From Dehalococcoidales bacterium (GTDB lineage Bacteria; Chloroflexota; Dehalococcoidia; Dehalococcoidales; CSSed11-197): a stretch of 64,000 nt of DNA. The position numbers and the translations under genes are program-made. This document shows positions 9,894 through 17,881 of the stretch, piece after piece. Position 1 is the stretch's first letter. The number at the start of each line of letters is the position of its first letter. The stretch is from positions 3,465-67,464 of the forward strand of contig JAQUNW010000002.1 of NCBI GenBank assembly GCA_028717385.1, in the 5' to 3' direction. A model generated the notes under the pieces. The model saw nothing but the letters and a program-made list of their open reading frames with translations, was not told the origin of the DNA and searched no databases.

Positions 9894-10385
9894 ATGACAA
9901 ATCATGAAGGCGAAACCGGCTGTTGTCCAAGATTTGATCCCGAACCATGGGAAGAAAAAGAAACAATCTGGGAAAATAAACTCTTCTTGAAAGACACTGT
10001 ACCCCAGTTTATGCACATTCCCTTGCCGGGAACTTTCGGCAAAGCAGTCACCAGAGCATGGGACAAAATTGAAAATGCAGGAGCAAAGCCTGAAGATAAG
10101 GATTTCTTGATGCTTTCCGCCGAATCTTCCCCATGGAAGGGCGAATTATACATCAGCATCACCAAAGAAGTTCCCGATGCCGAAAATGTTAAATTATCGG
10201 GAACATATCTTACCAAGGTTTTTGATGGACCCTACAACTCCGTACCGAGTTGGGTAAAAGAAATGGTTAAGTATGCAGAGCAAAAGGGCAAAGATATCAA
10301 GAACTTCTATTTTTATTATACAACATGCCCAAAATGCGCCAAGGTGTACGGGCATAACTATGTTGTAGCTTTCGCAGAAGTGTAG
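9894..10385 (+). CDS. conserved hypothetical protein (Cys-rich ends)
   Basis: Track ORF 9867-10385. ATG at 9894 is preceded by a G-rich RBS (aaagggggggtt). No confident family. Confidence 0.5.
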   Translation: MTNHEGETGCCPRFDPEPWEEKETIWENKLFLKDTVPQFMHIPLPGTFGKAVTRAWDKIENAGAKPEDKDFLMLSAESSPWKGELYISITKEVPDAENVKLSGTYLTKVFDGPYNSVPSWVKEMVKYAEQKGKDIKNFYFYYTTCPKCAKVYGHNYVVAFAEV

Positions 10386-10426
10386 GGAATTATTAACAGG
10401 GAGCTAGCTGGATTCACAGAGCTTTT

Positions 10427-10906
10427 TTAATCTGGCTCAGGATTCCAGGGAATCAAGCTTGAATCAGAAATCTGCAAACGGTAATTATAGCTGTCCAAAT
10501 GCCCATAACGTCCCCCGTATTCCAGCTTGCCTGTGAGCTGGACTTTACCATAATGGGCAGGGTAACCGGTAACGTTTTCAGCTTGGAGATAGAGCTGCTC
10601 TCTCACATCTTCAGCCAAGCCGCTCTGGATCCAGATTAACACACCACCTGGTTTCAAGTTTCCCGGCGCAAAACCAGATGGCTCCAGCCTTTCTGCAAGA
10701 ACAGCGATTTCAAAACCATCGAACCAGAAGCCGTCGATGGTTATATATTTATCCGAGTATAATTCCGGATTAGCAGCTAAATCCTCAAAGGTGATTTTGG
10801 GAGCATTTGAAGGGTTGGTCGTAGTAAATCCATCATCACCTATACAACCGACTAGCGGTAAGGCAGATAGAATAACCGCTATAAACAACAGAAATTGTTT
10901 TTTCAT
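10427..10906 (-). CDS. hypothetical lipoprotein
   Basis: Signal peptide with lipobox LVGC. No family recognised. Confidence 0.5.
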   Translation of the reverse strand: MKKQFLLFIAVILSALPLVGCIGDDGFTTTNPSNAPKITFEDLAANPELYSDKYITIDGFWFDGFEIAVLAERLEPSGFAPGNLKPGGVLIWIQSGLAEDVREQLYLQAENVTGYPAHYGKVQLTGKLEYGGRYGHLDSYNYRLQISDSSLIPWNPEPD

Positions 10907-11090
10907 TATGTCATCATGCTCAATTCTTAGCCATTTTAATTGTATTGCTTTTACGATTAAATATCCACACTGAGCTGGTTAAACGCTGTTTGAAAACAAA
11001 TAATAACGATATTCTTTCAGAAATGATCAAAACAGGTATGAATTTAGCCTTTGGAGTATAATAAAACTCAAAACCTTTTTAAGGAGCGTC

Positions 11091-11990
11091 ATGGACTCAG
11101 TGCAAAATATCCTACAAACTATCGGCAATACACCGCTTGTGCGCATCAATAAGCTTAATCCCAATAAAAATGCCTCAATTTATGCAAAGGTTGAAGGCTT
11201 TAATCCAACCGGAAGTATAAAAGACAGGATTGCATTGAGCATGGTCGAACAGGCTGAGCTGGAGGGAAAACTAACGCCAGGAAAAACAATTATTGAGCCT
11301 ACCTCGGGCAATACCGGAGTAGCTCTTGCAATGATCGGCAGCATAAGAGGGTACTCGGTAGAAATCGTTATGAGCGAAGCGGTTTCCAGCGAGAGGATTC
11401 AGATGGTTAAGGCATTTGGTGGAAAGGTTACCCTGACAGATGGAAAAATGGGAACAGACGGAGCCATCCGAAAAGCTAGAGAGCTGGTAAGCAACTACCC
11501 TGATAAATATTTTATGCCGGATCAGTTTTCCAATGAGTTCAACAAGGTTGCTCATTACAGAACAACCGGAGAAGAAATCTGGAAGCAAACCGAAGGGAAT
11601 ATAGACTACTTTGTTTCGTCTGTGGGCACTTCTGGCACTCTTATGGGAGTAGCTAAAGTATTAAAGGAACATAACGCCAACATTACAATAGTATGCGCTC
11701 ATCCTGTTAAAGGTCACTACATCCAGGGGCTGAAAAACATGGAGGAGGCAATCGTACCGGCAATATATGATCCTTCCATGATCGATATCCAAATTATGGT
11801 CGAAACCGAAGCTGCATATGAAATGACCAGGCAAATTGTAAAACAGGAAGGAATTTTTGTAGGCATGAGCAGCGGCGCCGCCATGTATGCCGCCGTTCAG
11901 ACTGCCATGAAAATAGAATCAGGAACCATCGTAGTAATCTTCCCAGACAGAGGGGAGAAATATTTGAGCACAGAATTGTTCAAGGCATAG
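11091..11990 (+). CDS. cysK: cysteine synthase (O-acetylserine sulfhydrylase), PLP-dependent
   Basis: 'GNTPLVRINKL...AKVEGFNPTGSIKDRIAL' (PLP lysine motif) and 'EPTSGNTGVALA'. Confidence 0.9.
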   Translation: MDSVQNILQTIGNTPLVRINKLNPNKNASIYAKVEGFNPTGSIKDRIALSMVEQAELEGKLTPGKTIIEPTSGNTGVALAMIGSIRGYSVEIVMSEAVSSERIQMVKAFGGKVTLTDGKMGTDGAIRKARELVSNYPDKYFMPDQFSNEFNKVAHYRTTGEEIWKQTEGNIDYFVSSVGTSGTLMGVAKVLKEHNANITIVCAHPVKGHYIQGLKNMEEAIVPAIYDPSMIDIQIMVETEAAYEMTRQIVKQEGIFVGMSSGAAMYAAVQTAMKIESGTIVVIFPDRGEKYLSTELFKA

Positions 11991-12006
11991 GGAGACGAGG
12001 TGAATT

Positions 12007-12354
12007 ATGTACATCGCTTCTCTGGAAAATACACCGAAAACCAAAATAGATATGGAGGGGGCTTATAAAGTATTCAAGCAGATTCCCCTTTCTAGCAAAC
12101 ATGGGGCACCAACCTGTTCTTTCCGTGTGTTTACTCTAGAACCCGGCGGCCATACTCCGCTTCACCGCCATGAAAATGAACACATGAACTATATAATCGA
12201 AGGTGCAGGCAACCTGGTGATTCAGGGCAAACATTACAACGTCAAGAAAGGCGATTTTGCTCTGGTATTACCAGGAGAGGAACATCAATACCGCAACACC
12301 TCAACCGATGAACCAATGGTAATGATCTGTGCTGTTCCCAAGGAATACGAATAA
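12007..12354 (+). CDS. cupin-domain protein
   Basis: 'GGHTPLHRHENEHMNYIIEG...GEEHQYRN' cupin motifs 1 and 2. Confidence 0.8.
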   Translation: MYIASLENTPKTKIDMEGAYKVFKQIPLSSKHGAPTCSFRVFTLEPGGHTPLHRHENEHMNYIIEGAGNLVIQGKHYNVKKGDFALVLPGEEHQYRNTSTDEPMVMICAVPKEYE

Positions 12355-12472
12355 GGATTAATATTTAATTATGCTAATTCGCTATTGATATCAACATACG
12401 CTTTACACAACTTATATGCCTGTTCTAGGGAGAGTGCAACATTAGCTTCCATTTACGTTCCTTTTAGGACAT

Positions 12473-12504
12473 AAAAAAGTGGCAGCGGCTGGATTTGGAC
12501 CAGC
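12473..12504. repeat. distal copy of the tRNA-Met 3' end (putative att remnant); also forms a hairpin downstream of the HesB-like gene
   Basis: aaaaaagtggcagcgGctggatttgGaccagC versus 14696-14727 aaaaaagtggcagcgActggatttgAaccagT. 29 of 32 positions are identical, and two of the three differences are compensatory in the T-stem. On the minus strand it reads AGCGGCTGG-TCCAAAT-CCAGCCGCT, then GCCAC, then TTTTTT. Confidence 0.75.
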
Positions 12505-12522
12505 CGCTTTAACCAGCGGCTA

Positions 12523-12822
12523 TCAACAACTGCAACCTTCACAGCCCGATTGCCCGGGTTTGCTGATTACAAATCCCTCTCCGTCCATTGATTGGATATA
12601 ATCAATCGTATTTCCGCCTGTAAAGGGTTTAACATTATCAGAAACCAAAAGGTTAATACTGTTTACCTGAATTGCGGTTTCATTCTCTCTTAACTCATCC
12701 AGAGCTAATCCTAAACGAGGCCCACCTCAACCAGCTTCAATCGTTATGCGTAAATATTTCCCAACATTTTCATCTAGTATTTCTTTTATTTTATCTCGGG
12801 CAGCATCAGTAATTTGTAACAA
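12523..12822 (-). CDS. HesB/IscA-like selenoprotein (in-frame UGA = Sec at codon 32)
   Basis: Absent from the track. Manual translation is MLQITDAARDKIKEILDENVGKYLRITIEAG-U-GGPRLGLALDELRENETAIQVNSINLLVSDNVKPFTGGNTIDYIQSMDGEGFVISKPGQSGCEGCSC. TGA lies at 12729-12727, where IscA-type proteins have the GGC(S)G cysteine. TTG start at 12822 has RBS AAGGA 7 nt upstream. Confidence 0.75.
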
Positions 12823-12866
12823 TATGTTTTCCTTTTCACCAATCAATGGTAATTATTATCGGTACT

Positions 12867-12916
12867 ACAGGTTTTATTCTATCATAAAAGAAGGTTGTTA
12901 AAATAATAAAACCTGT
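12867..12916. repeat. 12-bp perfect inverted repeat (ACAGGTTTTATT ... AATAAAACCTGT) with 26-nt spacer
   Basis: Read directly. Lies 45-95 nt upstream of the HesB-like start and about 150 nt downstream of ORF 13066-13407. Confidence 0.6.
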
Positions 12917-13065
12917 AAAGCAAGGCCAAACATGTTTAAGACATATGATTTCCTGGGAAACGTGATCATTAAAACTCTGTCAATGGTTTTAATGTAACTG
13001 CGAAAAAAGCTGTAATAAAGCGATGACGCCAGCGGGTAACAGGGCGACCTGTTTCTGTATTAAAT

Positions 13066-13407
13066 TTAGCGTACCTGGTTTATTTTTTCCGCCAGTTCAT
13101 CAGGGTTGCCGGGAGAAAGCACCATTCGCTGATAATTCCAGCCATTTAGAAAAATCACCAGGTGCTTCTTTCTAATTGTAGCGCACCAGAATTCTGCCCC
13201 TAAAGCAGTGTGGTATGTGCCGGCTTTAATAATAAACGGGATATTCGTTCCCGGGGAGCGCACTGCCAGCATGTTCCAGTCTGGCTTTTCAGCCAAGGCA
13301 CCGGTGATATTGACCAGCGGAACAGAAAACGATCCGTTGAAAGATATATATTTCTCTAAAAGATTAAGCTTAATGTCCAAATGATCTTGGTTAAGATAAA
13401 TCTTCAT
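13066..13407 (-). CDS. hypothetical protein (possibly bacterial PH-like domain)
   Basis: 113-aa track ORF. 'AVRSPGTNIPFIIKAGTY' weakly recalls bPH-type domains. Assignment is tentative. Confidence 0.4.
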   Translation of the reverse strand: MKIYLNQDHLDIKLNLLEKYISFNGSFSVPLVNITGALAEKPDWNMLAVRSPGTNIPFIIKAGTYHTALGAEFWCATIRKKHLVIFLNGWNYQRMVLSPGNPDELAEKINQVR

Positions 13408-13504
13408 TCTTTTTAGAAGCTGCTACCCGAAAGGCTTTACTCCCCGGGCTGCTCACTTTCGGCCTTGTAAGTTTATCACAACAAGGCTCCTCGGGAAAAA
13501 AGCA

Positions 13505-13753
13505 TTATTTGCCATTATTGTTCCTCACTGACAACAAGGTGGAAGCATAATGCGCTTTCCTTAATACTATTTTCCTCTCCACCTGGAGATCATTGTCCTG
13601 TTTCTCTGACTGCCAACAGTTGAAGTTGTTACAATACCAGAGGAAGCCTTTCAGTTTATCCGAGTAACACTCTATTGTTCCGTAGGATTTGCCTTCTACC
13701 TTGCAGGATAGTAAAAACTCATCGATTGCCTGTTTTACGCTTATATTAGACAT
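13505..13753 (-). pseudogene. tyrosine recombinase/phage integrase, N-terminal SAM-like domain remnant
   Basis: 'KQAIDEFLLSCKVEGKSYGTIECYSDKLKGFLWYC' is a typical integrase N-terminal core-binding region. The ORF stops after 82 aa and there is no catalytic domain (R..HxxR..Y) downstream. Confidence 0.6.
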
Positions 13754-13930
13754 TGGACCTGATCTCCTTCTCGTTTAGTTGCGTGCGAGTATAGTCTTCT
13801 TTCGGAGAAGGTCAATAGAGATGTGAGGCTTGTTATTTATGAAGAACCCCGTCTTTGCGTTTTAGGCTTGTCAGCATGTGTTATATTGTAATAACAATAT
13901 AAAGACTTAACGAAACAGGAGAAGCATATC

Positions 13931-14692
13931 GTGTCAAAATTCCTAAACACTTGGAGTGCTTTTGCTCAAATCGAAAGTATAATTAGCAGCTCCACGAAAA
14001 AGCTTTGTTTGATTACTCCATATATCAAAATGCCTGAATCATTATTAGAGCGCTTGATATATAAATCTAACAGTGGCGTTGATATAACAATCGTATGCAG
14101 GGAGCAAGACTTAAAATCTCAAGAAAGAGACGCCTTAAGCAAGATACGCAATCTAGAACTTCGCTTTCTTGAAAAGCTTCATGCTAAGTGTTTTTACAAT
14201 GAAGAAAACATGGTTATTACTTCTTTGAATTTATATGAGACTTCTCAAGGAAACCGCGAAATGGGGATACTCCTCACCTCATCGGATGATTCTTCAACGT
14301 TCGATGAGGCGGTAAGAGAAGCTGAATTCATCGTCCAATCTGCAAAACAATCGAATAGTATAGAGCATAAGTTTACAAAGCCTAAATATATAAAACAGTC
14401 TTTATCAGAAAAACCATCTGCCACAAATCAAACAGTTCAAAAAAGCAAATCGGTGCTTGCCGAAATAGCGGATTTCATGTTCGGAGAGCCAACTAATTCC
14501 AGAGGTTATTGCATACGTTGCCACGGTTTAATTGATAAGAATCCTGATAAACCTCTTTGTGGCAGTTGCTTTGAGATCTGGCGCAGGGTTAGTAATCGTA
14601 ATTTCACCGAAAATTACTGCCACATTTGCGGTAAACCAGCAAAAACCTCATTTGCAAAACCTCAGTGCAAGACTTGTTATAAGAGGCAATAA
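13931..14692 (+). CDS. PLD-like (single HKD-type) domain protein with two C-terminal CxxC zinc ribbons
   Basis: 'KLHAKCFYNEENMVITSLNL' resembles the HxK(x4)D(x6)GSxN motif, with E and T substitutions. C-terminus is 'CIRCHG..CGSCFE' and 'CHICGK..CKTCYK'. GTG start. Confidence 0.65.
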   Translation: MSKFLNTWSAFAQIESIISSSTKKLCLITPYIKMPESLLERLIYKSNSGVDITIVCREQDLKSQERDALSKIRNLELRFLEKLHAKCFYNEENMVITSLNLYETSQGNREMGILLTSSDDSSTFDEAVREAEFIVQSAKQSNSIEHKFTKPKYIKQSLSEKPSATNQTVQKSKSVLAEIADFMFGEPTNSRGYCIRCHGLIDKNPDKPLCGSCFEIWRRVSNRNFTENYCHICGKPAKTSFAKPQCKTCYKRQ

Positions 14693-14702
14693 ATGAAAAA
14701 AG

Positions 14703-14774
14703 TGGCAGCGACTGGATTTGAACCAGTGACCAAGGGCTTATGAGTCCCCTGCTCTACCACTGAGCTACGCTGCC
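14703..14774 (-). tRNA. tRNA-Met (anticodon CAT; could alternatively be a lysidine-modified tRNA-Ile2)
   Basis: The minus strand folds by eye as GGCAGCG TA GCTC AGTGGTA GAGC A GGGGA CTCATAA GCCCT TGGTC ACTGG TTCAAAT CCAGT CGCTGCC A. G1-C72 is paired, so this is not an initiator. No encoded CCA. Confidence 0.88.
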
Positions 14775-14927
14775 ACGAAGCACAGCAATTTTATAATGGC
14801 GCCCGTTTGTTGTCAACTTTGAAGATGTGAGATCTGGCAATAAAAAGCCCGCTGGTGTATATTATTTAGAATGCCGTAATAAACGGCTGGTGTGAAAGAA
14901 GCAATGTAAAACTAACTGCGAGGGCTA

Positions 14928-15893
14928 ATGGCCAACAAACCCGTTACAAAGAAAATTGAGGGGAAGTCAAGGATAGAAACCATTGACTGGAACGGGTTTA
15001 GCTGGATTGATATAAACCCCCCTTCCGAAGATTCATCAAGCTATCTTAAAGAGCGCTTCCCTTTTCATGCACTTGACCTGGATGATACCTGCAGCCGCAT
15101 ACAGCGCCCTAAAATTGATGAATACAAGGAATACCTGTTTATGGTATTCCGCTTCCCCCGCTATCGGAAACAGGAACAGGTATTGACTGCCAGCCAGGTT
15201 TCGGTATTTATAGGGGAAGATTACCTGATAACCCTCCACCAGGGTGATTTGAAGCCGCTTACCAAGCTCTTCCGTGAATGCCAACTGGAAGAGGAAGCCC
15301 GCCAGGAATACATGACACGCGGCTCCGGTTACCTGTTGTACCGCATCCTGGACCGCCTGGTGGACTACTGCCTTCCCATCCTGGACAAGGTCGGCAACAG
15401 CATAGAAGATCTTGAAGATGAAATCTTTACTGCCAATAATCCCAATCTGGTGCAGGAAATATCCCGCCTGCGCCGGGATGTTATTGCTTTTCACCGCATA
15501 ATCTGGCCCATGAAGCCGGTTATCGGAGGCCTTGAAAACAAAGTTCGCCGCTTCGTGAAATCTGACCTTGCAGTGTACTTTGGAGACATGCTGGACCATG
15601 TAGAAAAAATATGGGACGGGCTGTGCGAATACAAGGAAATAGTAGAAGGCCTTTCCGACACCTTTAACTCGTTAAGCTCAAACCGCATTAATGAAATCCT
15701 GCGCGTGCTGACTATACTAACTGTAATAAGTGCCGTTCTTACGGTAATAGTTGGCTTCTTCGGGATGAATGTGCCACTTCCCGGCGGTTCTGACCCGGGT
15801 GGCAGCCCGATAGCCTGGCTTGGAATCATATTTTCCGGCATCCTGTTAACAATACTCATGATACTCTTCTTCCGCTACAAGCGCTGGCTATAA
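14928..15893 (+). CDS. corA: CorA-family magnesium/cobalt transporter
   Basis: C-terminal 'VIVGFFGMNVPLPG' GMN motif and two TM helices. Confidence 0.9.
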   Translation: MANKPVTKKIEGKSRIETIDWNGFSWIDINPPSEDSSSYLKERFPFHALDLDDTCSRIQRPKIDEYKEYLFMVFRFPRYRKQEQVLTASQVSVFIGEDYLITLHQGDLKPLTKLFRECQLEEEARQEYMTRGSGYLLYRILDRLVDYCLPILDKVGNSIEDLEDEIFTANNPNLVQEISRLRRDVIAFHRIIWPMKPVIGGLENKVRRFVKSDLAVYFGDMLDHVEKIWDGLCEYKEIVEGLSDTFNSLSSNRINEILRVLTILTVISAVLTVIVGFFGMNVPLPGGSDPGGSPIAWLGIIFSGILLTILMILFFRYKRWL

Positions 15894-15919
15894 AAAATTA
15901 TTATTTCCGCGAACTGAAA

Positions 15920-16591
15920 ATGAAATTTACGCATCGTTTCCTTATCATTACTGCAGTCTTTATTACCTGCGTGATCACCGCCAACGTGATTGCGGTAAAG
16001 GTAATCTCAATAGGCCCATTGGTTCTGCCAGCAGCGATTATTATTTTCCCCTTTAGCTATATATTTGGTGATGTCATCACCGAAGTATATGGTTATCACC
16101 GAGCACGCCAGGTGATATGGCTGGCTTATGCCTGCAACCTACTCTTTGTTGCTTTCGTATGGTTTGCCCAAATAATCCCCGGTGCAGATTTCTGGGAAGG
16201 CCAGCAAGCTTACGAAACCATCCTCGGGGTTGTGCCGCGCATGCTGCTTGCCTCGTTTGCCGGCGGCATTGTGGGGGAATTCGCCAACTCCTTTGTTCTG
16301 TCACGCATGAAGGTTCTTACTAGCGGGCGCTGGCTCTGGATGCGTACTATTGCCTCTACTATCGTAGGGCAGGGGCTGGATACAGCTTTGTTCATTATCA
16401 TTGCATACTACGGATCTGCCAACTTTGCGCCTATTATGATTCTCTACCACTGGCTGGCCAAGACTGCGATAGAAGCACTGGCTACGCCGCTTACCTATTT
16501 TACTGTTAGCCGCCTTAAACGGAAGGAAAAGATTGATGCTTATGATGAAGAGGTTAATTACAATCCGTTTTCTTTAACACAGGAAAAGTGA
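15920..16591 (+). CDS. yhhQ: queuosine-precursor transporter (YhhQ/DUF165 family)
   Basis: 'ANVIAVKVISIG...FPFSYIFGDVITEVYGY' is typical of YhhQ. Confidence 0.8.
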   Translation: MKFTHRFLIITAVFITCVITANVIAVKVISIGPLVLPAAIIIFPFSYIFGDVITEVYGYHRARQVIWLAYACNLLFVAFVWFAQIIPGADFWEGQQAYETILGVVPRMLLASFAGGIVGEFANSFVLSRMKVLTSGRWLWMRTIASTIVGQGLDTALFIIIAYYGSANFAPIMILYHWLAKTAIEALATPLTYFTVSRLKRKEKIDAYDEEVNYNPFSLTQEK

Positions 16592-17364
16592 TGGAAGTAA
16601 GAATACTGGGTGCCCATAACACTGAGTCTGGAACTTCGCGGTTGGCTGGTGTGCTGATTGATAGAGTTGTGGCTCTCGATGCAGGCTCGATTACCTCAAG
16701 TCTCAGCATAAATGAGCAGATCAAGCTTGAAGCGGTGCTATTGACCCATCAACACTATGACCATATTCGGGATATCCCGGGGCTCGGCATGAACCTGTAT
16801 CTGAACCGGAAAACGATACCAGTTTGCGCGCTCCCCGAAACTCTTGACATGCTGTCTGCTTACGTTCTAAACGGACAAGTCTATCCACAATTTACCCATC
16901 GTCCGGCTGACAATCCAAATCTTGTATTCAAGCCGGTTCGCCCTGGTGAAGGCTTTAATATTGGTACTTACCAGATTCTGCCGGTTACGATGCCGCATTC
17001 AGTTCCTTCAGTTGGTTATTTAATAACCGGCATAGAAAAGCTCTCTATGTTTTATACCGGAGATACTGGTTGCGGATTTGCCAGTAGAATTGAATCTCTG
17101 GAGCCGGACATTTTGATAGTGGAAGTAACTGCACCAAGTCGCTTCGGTGATTCAGATTGGTCCAATAAACACCTCACACCGGCTTTTTTAGAACAAGAAC
17201 TTATCCTCTTCAGGACCGCTGCCGACTATATACCGCGAATAATCTGCGTTCACATGTACGAAGCGCTTGAAGAAGAAATCAGAACTGAGTTATCTGAAGT
17301 CGCTGCAAGGCTTGAGGCGGATATTACCCCTGCTTACGAGGGCATGATTCTCACTGTACAATAG
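16588..17364 (+). CDS. MBL-fold metallo-hydrolase
   Basis: 'LLTHQHYDHIRD' HxHxDH motif. Start overlaps the yhhQ stop by 4 nt. Confidence 0.75.
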   Translation: MMEVRILGAHNTESGTSRLAGVLIDRVVALDAGSITSSLSINEQIKLEAVLLTHQHYDHIRDIPGLGMNLYLNRKTIPVCALPETLDMLSAYVLNGQVYPQFTHRPADNPNLVFKPVRPGEGFNIGTYQILPVTMPHSVPSVGYLITGIEKLSMFYTGDTGCGFASRIESLEPDILIVEVTAPSRFGDSDWSNKHLTPAFLEQELILFRTAADYIPRIICVHMYEALEEEIRTELSEVAARLEADITPAYEGMILTVQ

Positions 17365-17365
17365 T

Positions 17366-17881
17366 GTGATGGCTCAAACCGAAGAACTGCGTTTTATTGT
17401 AGATGCTAACGCTGGCAAGCTTGCGGGCTGGCTTCGCATGATGGGGTACAACACCCTGTTTTTTAACTTTGGGCAAGATGGCGAGATGATAAAAATCGCC
17501 ACAGAAGAAAACCGTATCATTGTCACCCGCGATACCCGCATTATGGAACGCCGAGTGGTAAAAACAGGCGCTGTAAGAGCGGTTCTGCTAACTACCGATA
17601 ATCCATCAAAACAAATGAGGCAGCTTTTTGCCTCGATTGATATACAGGTAGATTTCAGACCGTTTTCGCTTTGCATCAGCTGCAACCAGCTGCTGATAAA
17701 AGTTGCCAAAGAACATGTCAGGGAAAAAGTACCTGCATATGTTTATAAAACACAGGACGTCTTTTATTGCTGCCAGAATTGCGAGCGTATTTTTTGGCGC
17801 GGAACTCATTGGCAAGCCATGAAACAACTTCTCAATGAATGGCGCGGTTTAGATGTTAGTAATCGGCAACTTCCAAACTGA
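17366..17881 (+). CDS. Mut7-C (DUF82) PIN-like RNase domain protein with C-terminal zinc ribbon
   Basis: 'FIVDANAGKLAGWLRMMGYNT' and 'CISCN...CCQNCERIFWRGTHW'. Confidence 0.75.
   Translation: MMAQTEELRFIVDANAGKLAGWLRMMGYNTLFFNFGQDGEMIKIATEENRIIVTRDTRIMERRVVKTGAVRAVLLTTDNPSKQMRQLFASIDIQVDFRPFSLCISCNQLLIKVAKEHVREKVPAYVYKTQDVFYCCQNCERIFWRGTHWQAMKQLLNEWRGLDVSNRQLPN

Larger units (their letters stand above)
12504..14695. mobile_element. decayed tRNA-Met-associated integrative island (about 2.2 kb)
   Basis: Bounded by the intact tRNA-Met gene and a duplicated 3' tRNA fragment. Contains an 82-aa tyrosine-recombinase N-terminal remnant and orphan cargo genes. Confidence 0.55.

Noticed and set aside
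12369-12452. 27-aa minus-strand ORF (MEANVALSLEQAYKLCKAYVDINSELA) with an AAGGA RBS, just outside the island.
   Set aside because: It is too short and has no recognisable features, so coding cannot be supported from sequence alone.
12478-12560. Possible second full tRNA gene on the minus strand at the distal repeat.
   Set aside because: Only the acceptor 3' strand and T-arm are present. The T-loop is TCCAAAT, there is no D-arm and no proper anticodon arm, and the region overlaps the HesB-like stop codon. I interpret it as an att/tRNA fragment.
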